A stretch of 64,000 nt of DNA, from contig JBHGNT010000022.1 in the NCBI GenBank assembly GCA_043228905.1, forward strand, positions 1,426,001 through 1,490,000, in the 5' to 3' direction. This document shows, one piece after another, positions 1 through 12,601 of the stretch; the first letter of the stretch is position 1, and every line of letters starts with the position of its first letter. A model generated the notes under the pieces. It was given only the letters and a program-made list of their open reading frames with translations, did not search any database and was not told the origin of the DNA. This DNA comes from Azolla caroliniana (Eukaryota; Plantae; Polypodiophyta). Both the position numbers and the translations under genes were made by a program.

Positions 1-279
1 TATGAGGAGGAGAGGTGCATGGGAATGCCCGAAACGCTCCCTCGTCAGAAGACGGTTGAACATACAAGGAAGACACAAACACACGCACAAAATGGTCATA
101 CACCTTTATGAGGAGGAAAGGTGCATGGGCACGCCCAAAACGCTCCCTCGTCACAAGACGACCGAACGTATAAGGAAGACACAAGCACACACACAAATGC
201 TCATATGCCTTTATGAGCAGGAGAGGTGCATGGGCATGCCCGAAACGCTCCCTCGTCACAAGACGGCCGAACGTACAAG
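1..279. repeat. ~105-bp tandem repeat, ~2.6 copies, truncated by window start
   Basis: Units begin TATGAG(G/C)AGGA(G/A)AGGTGCATGGG at 1, 107 and 212 and share AAACGCTCCCTCGTCA(C/G)AAGACG. Confidence 0.85.
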
Positions 280-713
280 TGGACGAGAACAAAGAAAGAA
301 AGAAAAAGAAAAAACCACGAATGATATTGGCTACAGAAATAAATACGTGTTCGATTCCAAGGCCAGAGGACCCTTTATAAAATAGGGTTAACCACAATCT
401 CAACAAAAACATAAACACTAAATGCCCTTAGAGACAAGAGCAAATCCCAACATGACGAAGACAAACACACGAGCACCACAAAAATGCCGACCCCAACGAA
501 CCTTGATCACCCGAACGGCGAGCACACGGGCTCGTAATGAGAAATGGGGCGAAGCAACGTCGATCCAACGAAGCTCGGGCTGACGAACACTTCAAGTGCC
601 AATGCGAAGAAGACGAGCATGTGGTGATGAGGGGATGAAAGGGTATGAGATGAAGGGAAGTGGTGAAGAAGAAGATGAAGAGCTCCAAAGGAAAAATGGT
701 GATGAGACCACGC

Positions 714-982
714 TGCATTGTAAGACCGGATTTGAACCGAGCACCTCTAGCTAGAAGTGAATGTGACTATCCACTAGCCCATTAACTCTCTCTTATATAA
801 CATATAAACCTCCTTTTATAGGAAAAAATGAAGCGGGGTCGCCAATTTTGTCTTCAATGAAAAAGGAATAAAATTTCTTAAATCACATTGCATTGTAAGA
901 CCAAATTTGAACCAAGCACCTCTAACTAGAAGTCAATGTGACTATCCACTAGCCCATTAACTCTCTCTTATATAATATATAA
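714..982 (-). repeat. Pair of ~94-bp direct repeats (714-807, 889-982) with degenerate tRNA-like A and B boxes
   Basis: Both copies start TGCATTGTAAGACC and end CTCTCTCTTATATAA. The minus strand reads TGGGCTAGTGG (A-box-like), ...ACTTCTAG... and GGTTCAAATCC (B-box-like, first copy). No full cloverleaf. Confidence 0.55.
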
Positions 983-1223
983 TTCTATGTCTAGAAATTC
1001 ATAGACTGTCTCCCCTCTCTCTTACTTTTTACACGAGCTTCTATACCCCCTTTCTTTTCCCTTTTCTTTTGCATGTGCACAATTAATTGCCTTTGTGTGC
1101 ACACACATTGCACATGCACATTTTGACCCCCCCCCCCCCTTTCACCGGTTTTTCCCACTCTCGACCACGCCACATCACGATATCAGTGGCCGATTTGGGA
1201 AGGCATCATAGGAGGGAGGATAA

Positions 1224-1572
1224 TGTCAAGATTCGAACTCTTGACATGACCATGTTATAATCAAGTGTTATGTGTTAACCAACTTTTCTAGTATACAATC
1301 ATATGCATAATTGCTCCTTGTAGTTTTTTGCTAGCATCATGTGCATAGTTGCTCCCTTGTATTATATACACTTGTCACATGCATGCGTATGTACATGCTC
1401 TATTGTATCACATGCGTGCAACAGGTATGCATGCCGCTTAGTATAAATAGTTGAGTTCTCCTTGAAGGAATTCAAGGTGAACAACACCAGTTATAAAGTC
1501 TTTCAGTTAATACCACTCATCCATTTGGTTATCTTCTTTCTAGTCTCTTGAGCTTATGATCTATCCGTGACA
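1224..1572 (+). mobile_element. Isolated LTR, probably the 3' LTR of a truncated retrotransposon
   Basis: TGTCA...TGACA inverted termini, preceded by a PPT-like AGGAGGGAGGA, with internal TATAAATAG at 1442. Flanks GATAA/ATACT are not a TSD. Confidence 0.55.
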
Positions 1573-1576
1573 ATAC

Positions 1577-2285
1577 TTAACTAGCTATTGGTAATAGCTA
1601 AATAGAAATTGCCAATAGCTAAATTAGTTAGTATCAGCTAATTAGCTACTGGTAATAGCTAAATAGCTATTGCCAATGGTAAACTTAGCTATTATCAGCT
1701 AATTAGCTACAACAATAGCTAATTAGCTATCTCAGAATATGACCATAGCTTACTAGCTATTGGCAATAGCTAAATAGTTATTGCCAATAGTAAACTTAGC
1801 TATTATCAGCTAATTAGCTATCTCAAAATATGATTATAGATAACTAGCTACTGACAATGGCCAAATAGCGATTTCCAATAGCTAATTTAGCTATTATAGC
1901 CTAATTAGCTACCACAATAGCTAATTAGCTACCTCAGAATATGACTAGAGCTACACTTAATAGCTAATTAGCTACCACAATAGCTAATTAGCTACCTCAG
2001 AATAGGACCATAGCTATTCTTAATAGCTAATTAGCTACACTTAATAGCTAATTAGCGACGATTATAGCTAATTAGCTACTTGCAATAGCTAACTAGCTAT
2101 TATCAGCTAATTAGCTATAATCGTCGCTAATTAGCATTAGAATATGACCATAGCTAGCAAGATACTAGTAATAGCTAATTAGCTACATCAGAATATGATC
2201 GTAGCTAATTAGTTATTGGAAATAGCTAGTTAGCTATGTCAAGAGCTAATTAGCTAATTAACTACTCTTAATGGCTAATTACCTA
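1577..2285. repeat. Minisatellite of the palindrome TAGCTAATTAGCTA and variants, ~21-bp period
   Basis: Dozens of TAGCTA(A/AA)TTAGCTA motifs separated by 6-10-nt linkers. Confidence 0.9.
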
Positions 2286-2943
2286 AAGTATTGATGTCTA
2301 GGATGTTTGTTATGATGAATTGGATCACGGTTTCCTCGTCTTTATATGCACGCTTGCTCGGACTCAAACCCAAAACCCCTTGATTAGACATCAAGTGCCT
2401 TGTCCATTAGCCCACAAGCGATTGGTTTGCATACCTTGTTAATTACGGCTTAGAAGTATTCAATCTCAGTGTGGTTCATAGTTTCTTGTTCTTTGTATTG
2501 CACTCATGGCAGGACTCGAACTCACAATCTAGTCCCCACAATCGCTTGATTGGAAGTCAAGTGCCTTACATGTTGCCACAAGTGCTTAGTTGCCTTACCT
2601 CGTTAATCATGAATTACCTTGCAAGAATTCGAATTTAAAGTTCTGGTGTTATAGCATCTCGGTGTAAGTTGTTACACAATGGATTCGATGTCAAGGTTAC
2701 CCTAAACCGTATTGCTTTGTCTTGATGTGTGGGATTGTACAAGGAATTTAATCATGGGTTCCTCTTCTTGGCATGTTATCATGTTGTAGCTCAGTCTTCA
2801 TTTCCAGGATGTTAATTACAAGGGATTGGATCACAGTTTGCTTTTCTTCATGTTGCACGCCTGGTGGGACTTGAACCCACAATCCCTTGATTAGAAGTCA
2901 AGTTCCTTACCCATTTCGGCACAAGTGCTTGGTTTGATCATCT

Positions 2944-3262
2944 TATTAGCAGAATACACAGTACACACGTTTTATGTGGAAACCCTAAAACTAGAGAAAA
3001 ACCACCTTGCAATACTTTTTTAACTATAGAATAGAGATACAAGAAAGAATGAATATGTATCTCTCTATGTAGATATGTAAAGTTGACTTACAAGTTGTAA
3101 TAACATGCAATTAATATAATTGTGTGATTTTACGAAAAAAAAATGAAGGAACAGATTACACGTACACACGTTTTACGTGGAAACCCTAAAACTAGGAAAA
3201 AACCATGTGGCAATAGACTTGCACTATAGAATAGAGATACAAGAAAGAAGGAATAGAGATAC
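2944..3262 (-). mobile_element. Truncated Copia-type LTR fragment with internal duplication
   Basis: Two copies of ACACGTTTTA(C/T)GTGGAAACCCTAAAACTAG..AAAAACCA. The reverse complement resembles the GTGGTTTTTTCCCCTAGTTTGG..TTTTCCACGTAAA segment of Copia B LTRs. No TSD seen. Confidence 0.5.
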
Positions 3263-5238
3263 ATTGGTGGGGCTCGAACTGAGAATCCCTTGATTACAAA
3301 CAAGTGCCTTCTCTATTAGGCCACAAAGCGCTTGGTTTGCATATCTTGTTAATTATGACTTACAACTTATATATTATTCAATTCGATTGTGGTTCACAGT
3401 TTCGTCTTCTTCGTATTGCACACGTGGTAGGACTCAAACTCACAATCCCTTGATTATAAGTCAAGTGCCTTACCCATTTTTCGACAAGCACTAGCTTACA
3501 TGTTAATCATGACTTACCTTACAAGAATTCGAATTTAAGGTTTATAACATCTTTGTGTCAGTTGTTACACAATGGATTTGATGTCAAGTTGTTGTTTTGT
3601 CTTGGTTATGGGATTTTACGAGGTATGTGATCATGGGCTCCTCTTCTTGGCATGTTATCATGTTGTAGGCAAGTCTTAATGTCTAGGATGTTAGTTATGA
3701 GGACTTGGATCACGGTTTCCTCTTCTTCGTGTTGCACACTGGTGGGACTCGAACCCACAATGCCTTGATTAAAAATGAAGTGCCTTATCCATAAGGCCAC
3801 GAGCGCTTGGTTTGGTTACCTTCTAATCAGGACTTTTACGTTGTAAAGAATTCTAATCGGAAGTCAAGCAATTATACATCGGTGTCGGTTATTACTCAAT
3901 GTATTCGATGTCAAATTATTGGTTTGTCTTCGTGTATGGGATTTTACAAGGACTTTGATCATGGGTTCCCCTTTTTGGCATGTTGTCATATTGTATCTAA
4001 GTCTTGATGTCCAGGATGTTAGTTACGAGAAGTTGGATCACAATTTCCTCTTCTTTGTGTTGCATGCCTGGTGGGACTCGAAAGCCACAAACCCTTGATT
4101 AGATGCCAAGTGCCTTATCCATTACGCCAAAAGCACTTGGTTTGGATAGCTTGTTTATAATGAATTACCTTGGAAAGATTTCTAATCTCTGTGTTTGGTC
4201 TCGGTGTGCATCATGGTGTTTCTTGTTCATGTTGCACGCCTTATGAGACTTGAACCCACAATCACTTGATTAGAAGTCAAGTGCCTTATCCATTAGGCCA
4301 CAAGCACTTGGTTTGGAGAGTTTTTTAATAATTAACTACCTTGGAGATATTCTAATTTGAAGTGTTTTGTCTTGCTATGTGAGATTTTACAAGGAAATTG
4401 ATCATGATTCCTCTTCTTGGCATATTGTCATGTTGTTGTTAAGTCATGATGTCCAGGATGTTAGTCACAAGGAATAGGATTGTGGTTTCCTCATCTGGAT
4501 GAGGCATGTCTAATGGGACTTGAACCCACAATCCCTTGACTAAAAGCTAAGTACATTCTCTATTATGCCACAAACGCTTCGTTTGGAATGCTTGTTAATT
4601 ATGACTTACATTGCAAGGAATACAAATTCAAAATTATGTTATTGTCTAGTCTTGGTGTGCATCATGGTGCTTCTTGTTCTTCGTGTTGCATTCCTGGTGG
4701 AACTCGAACCCACAATCCCTTGATTAAATAGTAACTTATACATTTGGCCGCAAGAACTTGGTTTGGATAATTTTTTAATAATGAATTACCTTGGAGGGAA
4801 TTCTTATTTGAAGTTATACAACGGATTCGTTGTCAAGTTATTGTTTTGTCTTGATAGGTAGAATTTTACAAGGAAATTGATCACAGGTTCCTCTTCTTGG
4901 CATATTGTCATTTTGTTGAGTTTGACTTGTTGTTTTGTCTTGCTACGTGGAATTTTATAAGGAAATTGATCACGTGTTCCTCTTCTTGGATAATTGTCAG
5001 GTTGTTTATAAGTCATGATGTCTAGGATGTTAGTTACAAGGAAATAGGATCACGGCTTGCTCATCTACATGTTACATGCGTGGGACTCAAACCACAAATT
5101 CCTTCATGACAATTCAAGTGCTTGGGTTTGGATAACCATTGTTAATTACGACTTACATTGCAAGGAGTAAGTTGAATTCGAAGTTACGTTATTGTTTAGT
5201 CTCAATGTTCATCATGGTGTTTCTTCTTCTTCAAATCG

Positions 5239-5311
5239 CACGCTTGGTGGGACTCGAACCTACAATCCCTTGATTAGAAGTCAAGTGCCTTATCCATTAG
5301 GCCACAGGCGC
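5239..5311 (-). pseudogene. tRNA-Arg(UCU) copy with single mismatches in acceptor and T stems
   Basis: 73 nt, intact anticodon arm CTTGA-CTTCTAA-TCAAG. C5:A68 mismatch and T-stem GTAGG/CCCAC mismatch. Confidence 0.75.
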
Positions 5312-7040
5312 TTGGTTTGGATATCTTTTTAATAATGAGCTACCTTGGAAAGAATTCTAATTTGAAGTTACACACCATACGCAAATTTTACAAGGAAATT
5401 TATCTCGGGTTCCTCTTCTTGGCATATTGTCATTTTGTTAAGTCATGATGTCCAGGATGCTAGCTACAAGGAATAGGATCATGGTTTCCTCATGTGCTTG
5501 TTGCATGTCTGGTGGGACTTGAACCCACAATCCCTTGTTTAGAAGTTTGTGACAATCCCTTGTTTAGAAGTCACAAACGCTTGGCTTGTAGAGCTTCATA
5601 ATTGCGACTTACCTTCCAGGTAATACAAATTCGAAGTTATGTTATTGTTTAGTCTCAATGTGCATCATGATGTTTCTTCTTCTTCGTATTGCACGCCTAG
5701 TGGGACTCGAACCCACAATCCCTTCATTAGAAGTCAAATGCCTTATCCATTAGACTGTGAGCAATTGGTTTTGATAACTTTTCAATAATGAATTACCTTC
5801 GAGATAATTCTAATTTGAGGTTACAGAAAGTATTTGTTGTTGACTTACTGTTTTGTCTTGCAAAGTGGGGTTTTACCACGAAATTGATCATGGGTTCCTC
5901 TTACTGGCATATTGTCACGTTGTTGATAAATCATGATGTCTAGGATATTAGTTATAAAAAAATAGGATAACAGTTTCCTCATCTGCGTGTTGCATGCGTG
6001 GTGGGACTCAAACCCAAAATCCATCCTTTAGAAGTTGAGTTCCTTATCCATTACACCACAAGTGCTTGGTTTGGATAACCATTGTTAATTACGACTTACC
6101 TTGCAAGGAGTAGTTTCCGTTGGCACCATGGTGCTTCTTCTTCTTCGTATTGCGCGCTTGGTGGCACTCGAACCCACAATCCCTTGATTAGAAGTCAAGT
6201 GCCTTATCCATTAGGCCACAAACGCTTGGTTTGTATAGCTTTTTACTAATGAGCTACCTTGGAGAGAATTTTAATTTGAAGTTACATAACAAACAGACTT
6301 GTGGTTTTGTCTTGCTACGCGAATTTTACATGGAAATTGATCACGGGTTCCTCTTGTTGGCATATTGTCATTTTGTTAAGTCACAATGTCTAGGATGTTA
6401 GTTACAAGCAATAGGATCACGGTTTCCTCATGTGCGTGTTGCATGTTTGGTGAAACTTGAACCCACAATCCTTTGTTTTGAAGTCTAGTGCCTTATCTTG
6501 CGCTTTGTTTGTAGAGATTCTTAACTACTTAGCTTGCAAGTAAGACGAATTCGAAGTTACGTGATTGTTTAGTCTCAGTGTGCATCATGGTGTTTCTTCT
6601 TCGTCGTATTGCATGATGTCTAGGATGTTAGTTACAAGCAATAGGATCACGGTTTCCTCATGTGCGTGTTGCATGTTTGGTGAGACTTGAACCCACAATC
6701 CCTTGTTTGGGAGTCTAGTCCCTTATCTATTATGCCACAAGCGCTTTGTTTGTAGAGATTCTTAATTGCAACTTACCTTGCAAGTAAGACGAATTCAAAG
6801 TTATGTTATTGTTTGGTCTTAGTGTGCATCATGGTTTTTCTTCTTCTTCGTATTGCATGATGTCTAGGATGTTAGTTACAAGCAATAGGATCACGGTTTC
6901 CTCATGTGCGTATTGCATGTTTGGTGAGACTTGAACCCACAATCCCTTGTTTAGAAGTCTAGTGCCTTATCTATTATGCCACAAGCACTTTGTTTGTACA
7001 AATTCTTAATTGTGACTTACCTTGCAGGTAATACGAATTC

Positions 7041-8646
7041 ATGTGTTTTTGTTGACCTTTCGGTCGGTTTTTCTCTTGCTTTTTTGCTTACCTTACCCCT
7101 CCTCGTCCTTTTTCTAAATCCTTAGTCTCTTCTTTGTAAGTCCCTTCTTTTTCTTTTTACTCTTTCTCCACCTTTCTATTTTTATATTTCTACCCTCACC
7201 CATGTTCTACTTTTTCTTACCCTACCCCTCCCCTCCTCTTCCTAAATCTATAGCCTTCCCCTGTTTTTTACCCACACATGTCTCTCTCCCTTACCTCTCT
7301 CCTCTTTCCTTTCTCTCTCTTACTTTTTCTAGTTTACACACACATCTCTCTCCTCTCTCTCCCCTTTTGCTCTCTCTTAATTTTTTCACGTTTTCCCACT
7401 CTCTCTCCTCTTAGATCTACTCACTCCCCTTATGTCTACCCATTCCCCCCCCCCCCCCCCCCTCTCTCTCTCCCCTTCCCTTCTCATCATCTCACGTAAT
7501 CCTTGTTTCCCCCTCTCTCTTAATGCCCCTTATATCTCCTCTCTTTTTACATTTTATATCCTAAACTCTCTCTTTTCTTCTTATCCCTCCTTTTACAATA
7601 AAACCTCATTTTCCTTCTACCAAAACCTTCCCTGTATCACATTAAAGCCCATAAAATCCTTTTCCTTCTTCTCCAAATCTTCCCCCTTTCAATCACATCC
7701 ATAAGCACGCCCCCACTTCCTATTGTCATTTCTCTAAAGCCTCTCCTAAAACTCCTTATATAAGTATTCACCCCTAATGGTCATTTTAGCATTGATGAGC
7801 CCCGTAGGGGGTGAAACTAGTTTGCTCATGACCATTACCCATCCCATTTACCCATCGTATTGTAACTTTTCCTTTTTCTTAATGAAAATTAGTCTCCTTC
7901 TTAATCTCTCCCTCTCTCTCATCTAGACTATTAAGCCTATGGCTATGTTTTAACTTGTTTCTAGTTTTATTATTAGTGATTAATCCCTCGTCTCTCTCCC
8001 CTTCCTCTATCTCTCATTAGGCCTCACTTACACCAAGTGTGTTAAACAATTTGGGTGTGCTCAAATTGTTCTTGGTGGTTCTTTACACTTCCTCCCCTCT
8101 TATGCTTAATTGTGAACCCTTTTCCCTCTTTCCTCTACCCATCGACGATCTACCATTCCGCACTCCTTGTCACGACCATATGGTCAACAACCCTAAACCC
8201 TAATCCCTAATCCTTAAACCCCTAAACCCTAATTCCTAAACCCTAAACCTCTCTTGCATCTAGTCCTCTACCCACCAATGATCTACCATTCCGCACTCCT
8301 TGTCATGATCGTATGGTCAACAACGAACATGCTCTGACTTTCTACGGAGGCCCACGTATCGGGGATAGGCACCCACAACGGGATAACATCATCAACCACT
8401 GAGCCCTCGTTCGTGTCGAGTGCCCCCACAAAAAGTTACGTGGCATTGCAATGGCGTCATTGGCTTGTCTCTCTTATCCTCTCACATAACAAGCTCTCAA
8501 CACCCTACCTTACCTTTCGCACATCGTTATGTTATAAGCATGGGACTACATTCGGTAGCCATGCATTTCCCATTCTTATCTCTCTTTTATTGTATATGAC
8601 CGGGACTACATTCGGTAGCCGGTGTTTCATCATTTTGTATCTCTTC
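7041..8646. other. Non-satellite, pyrimidine-rich insertion of unknown origin (mobile-element remnant?)
   Basis: Satellite stops at 7040 and resumes out of phase at ~8647. Contains a CT-rich tract, a 58-bp direct repeat flanking telomere-like repeats, and GGGACTACATTCGGTAGCC twice (8542, 8602). Confidence 0.6.
8188..8249. repeat. Degenerate plant-type telomeric repeat (CCCTAAA)n, ~8 units
   Basis: AACCCTAAACCCTAATCCCTAATCCTTAAACCCCTAAACCCTAATTCCTAAACCCTAAACC. Confidence 0.8.
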
Positions 8647-8942
8647 ATCACAAGTTCGTCTTATTGGCATATTGTCACGTTGTTGATAAGTCATGATGTC
8701 CAGGATGTTAGTTACAAGGAAATAGGATCACGCTTTCCTCATTGTTGTGTTACATGCGTGGTGGGACTCAAACCCAAAATCTCTTCACTCGAAGTCAAGT
8801 GCCTCATTCATTACACCACAAGTGCTTGGTTTGGATAACCATTGTTAATACTAACTTACCTTGTAATAAATATGAATTCAAAATTACATTATTGTTTAAT
8901 AAGTCTTAGTGTGCATCGTGGTGTTTCGTCTTCTTCGTATCA

Positions 8943-9015
8943 CACGCTTGGTGGGACTCAAACCCACAATCCCTTGATTAGAAGTCAAGTGCCTTATCCA
9001 TTAGGCCACAAGCAC
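8943..9015 (-). pseudogene. tRNA-Arg(UCU) copy with B-box C56T change
   Basis: Cloverleaf retained, but T-loop reads TTTGAGT and the acceptor stem starts GTGCTTG. Confidence 0.7.
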
Positions 9016-11886
9016 TGGGTTTGGATAGCTTTTTAATAGGCTACCATGGAGAGAATTCTAATTTGAAGTTACACAGTCGAGTTGTTGTTTTGTCTTGCTA
9101 CGGTAATGTTACAAGGAAATTGATCACGGGTTCCTCTTATTGGCATATTGTCACGTTGTTGATAGCTCATGATGTCTAGGATGTTAGTTACAAGGAAAAT
9201 AGGATCACGGTTTCCTCATTTGCATGTTGGATACATGGTGGGACTCAAACCCAAAATCCCTTCTTTAGAAGGCAAGTGCCTTATAAATTATAGCACATGT
9301 ACTTGGTTTGGATAACCATCGTTAATTACGACTTACCTTGCAAGGAATACGAATTCGAAGTTATGCTATATTTTAGTCTCAAGAAGTGTGCATCATGGTG
9401 TATCTTTTTCTTCGTATTACACGCTTGGTGAGACTTGAACACACAATCCCTTGATTAGAAGTCAAGTGTCTTATCCATTAGGCCACAAGTGCTTGGTTTG
9501 GGTAGCTTTTTATTAATGAGCTACCTTGGAGAGAATTCTAATTTGAAGTTACACGATATTACACGGTATACTTGTTATTTTTTCTTGCTACGCGAATTTA
9601 ACATGGAAATTGATCATGAGTTCCTCTTCTTGGCATATTGTCATTTTGTTAAGTCATGACGTCTACGATGTTAGTTACATATAAAGGAACAAGATCATGG
9701 TTTCCTCAACGTGCTTGTTGCATGTTTGGTGAGACTTGAACCCATAATCCCCTGTTTAGAAATCTAGTGCCTTATCTATTAAGCCACACTAAGCGCTTGG
9801 TTTGTAGAGCTTCATAATTGCAACTTACCTTGTAGATAATACGAATTCGAAGTTCGTACATTATTGCACACCCGGTGGGACTCGAACCCACAATCCCTTG
9901 ATTAGAAGTCAAGTGCCTTATGCATTAGGCCACAAGCTATTGGTTTTGATAACTTTTTAATAATGAATTACCTTCGAGAGAATTCTAATTTGAAGTTACA
10001 CAATGGATTAGTTGTTGACTTTTTGTTTTGTCTTGCTATGTGGGGTTTTTACAAGGAAATTGATCACGGGTTCCACTTCTTGGCATATTGTCATTTTGTT
10101 AAGTCATGATGTCCAGGAAATCAAAGTTAAATTATTGTTTAGTCTCAATAAGTGTGCATCATGGTGTTGCACACAGCTGAATTGTTGTTCGCCTTGCTAT
10201 GCGAATATGATCACGAGTTCCACTTCTTGGCATATTGTCATTTTGTTAAGTCATGATGTCTAGGATGTTAGTAAGATATAAATCAACAAGATCCTGGTTT
10301 CCTCATGTGCGTGGTGCATTTTTTGTGAGACTTGAACCCACAATACCTTGTTTAGGAGTCTATGCCTTATCCATTACACCACGAGTGCTTGGTTTGGATA
10401 ACCACGACTTACCTTGCAAGGAATACGAATTCTAAGTTACGTTATTGTTTAGTCTTTGTTTGCATCATGCTATTTCTTCTTCTTCGTATGGCACACTTAG
10501 TGGGACTCGACCCCACAATCCCTTGACTAGAAGTAAAGTGCCTTATCCATTAGGCCACAAGCGCTTGGTTTGGGTAGCTTTTTAATAATGAGCTACATTG
10601 GAGACAATTCTAATTTGAAATTACACAGTGCACTTGTTGTTTTGTCTTGCTATGCGAATTTTACAAAGAAATTGCTCACGGGTTCCTCTTCTTGCCATAT
10701 TGTCACGTTGTTGTTAAGTCATGACGTCCAGGATGTTAGTTACAAGGAAACAGGATAACGGTTTCCTAATCGGCATGTTACATGCGTGCTGGGACTCAAA
10801 CCCAAAACCTCTTCATTCGAAGTCTATTGATTCATACATTACACCACAAACACTTGGTTTGGATAACCAATGTTAATTACAACATACCTTGCAACAAAAA
10901 CAAATTCAAACTTACGTTATAGTTTTGTCACTTTATGCATCATGGTGTTTCTTCTTCTTCGTATCGCACGCTTGGGGGGGGACTCGAACCCACAATCACT
11001 TGATTAAAAGTCAAGTGCCTTATCCATTAGGCCACAAGCGCTTGGTCTTAATAAATTGTTACTAATGAATTACCTTCGAGAGAATTCTAATTTGAAGTTA
11101 GACAATGGATTCGTTGTTGACTTATTGTGTTGTCTTGCTATGTGGGGTTTTACAAGGAAATGGATCACCGATTCCTCTTATTGGCATATTGTCACGTTGT
11201 TGATAAGCCATGATGTCTAGGATGTTCGTTACAAGGAAATACGATCATAGTTTCGTTTTGATAAGTTTTAATAATGAATTATCTTCGAGAGAATTCTAAT
11301 TTGAAGTTAGACAATGGATTCGTTGTTGACTGATTGTTATGTCTTGCTATATGGGGTTTTACAAGGAAGTGGATCAAGGGTTCCGCTTATTGGCATATTG
11401 TCACGTAGTTGATAAGCTTGATGTCCAAGATGTTAGTTATAAGGAAATACGATCATAGTTTCGCTATCTCCATGTTGGATGCGTGGTAGGACTCAAAGCC
11501 AAAATCCCTTCTTTAGATGTCAAGTGCCTTATCCATTACAATACAAGTGCTTGGTTTGGATAACTATTGTTATTTACGAGGTACCTTGCAAGGAAAACGA
11601 ATTTGAAGTTACGTTATTGTTTAGTGTCAGTATGCATCGTGGTATTTCTTTTTCTTCGTATCGCACGCTTTGTGGGACTCGAACCTACAATCCCTTGATT
11701 AGAAGTTAAGTGCCTTATCCATTAGGCCACAAGCGCTTGGTCTTGATAAATTCTTAATGATGAATTATCTTCGCGAGAATCCTAATTTGAAGTTATACAA
11801 TGGATTCGTTGTTGACTTATTGTTTTGTTTTGCTATGTGGGGTTTTACAAGGAAATGGATGACAGGTTCTGCTTATTGGCATATTG

Positions 11887-12601
11887 TGTTGGGAATATGT
11901 CCCTCCAATGGGAGGAAGAACCGACTGATCGGAAAGCCGACAGTCGATAACATGGAAGATCTGACTGTTCGGAAAGCCGACAATCGAAGAGTCGAAAACA
12001 ATGAGTTGATTGTTTGAAGATTCGACTATTATTATTATAGTAATACTAAGAATGAGGATGTTAGGAAATAGGTTTCTCTTATGGAAAGAGAGAGGAGCCG
12101 AGTTGATGAGTGACTCGGCTGAGACCAATAGGCCGAGGCCGAAACCGGAATCGTGTAAATAGCCAACTCGGGTGACTAGACTTGTAAATAGTCTAATTGT
12201 GTGCCCCATGAGGGCTACGTATGTAAATAGCCATAAAGTTGTGTAAGTATATATATACAACTAGGGCAAACTTTATGTGTAACAAATAGAGTAGAAACAG
12301 GAGTTCAATGTGCAGGTGAGCGAGAGCGAGAGTGTGTGTGTGAGCCGCGCCATAGCTGTGTGAGTAACAGCAGACACGAAGAGCCCTGTGCGGCTGGTAC
12401 ACTCGACAGAGTGTTGTATTCCTCTCGGTGTTGTATATCCAATTTGTATAGTGAAGATTCTGCTCACCCGTCGTTTTCCCTGTTCCCACGTAAATATTTG
12501 TGCACCATTGTTCATCTTGTTTTCCTTGCATTTTGGTGTGTGATTCATATTTCAACGCGAAGTTCGTCTATTGTGATCTATTCCACAATGATTTCTCAAC
12601 A
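11887..12601 (+). mobile_element. Solo LTR (715 bp), Copia-type, related to Copia B LTRs
   Basis: TGTTGGGA...TCTCAACA termini, 5-bp TSD TATTG (11882-86 / 12602-06). Excision restores satellite GGCATATTGTCACG. Shares GTCCCTCCA, TAGGGCAAACTTT and CCACGTAAA motifs with the B LTR. Confidence 0.92.

Noticed and set aside
2-385. 127-aa ORF with internal repeats
   Set aside because: It is the translation of the 105-bp tandem repeat, with no recognisable domain.
7202-7704. Leu/Ser/Pro/Phe-rich ORFs
   Set aside because: By-products of the CT-rich tract, which has few stop codons in any frame.
10967-11041. Anticodon-shifted copies (TTT here, TAT at ~3419) as new isoacceptors
   Set aside because: Both copies carry other stem-breaking lesions, so they are most simply decayed pseudogenes.
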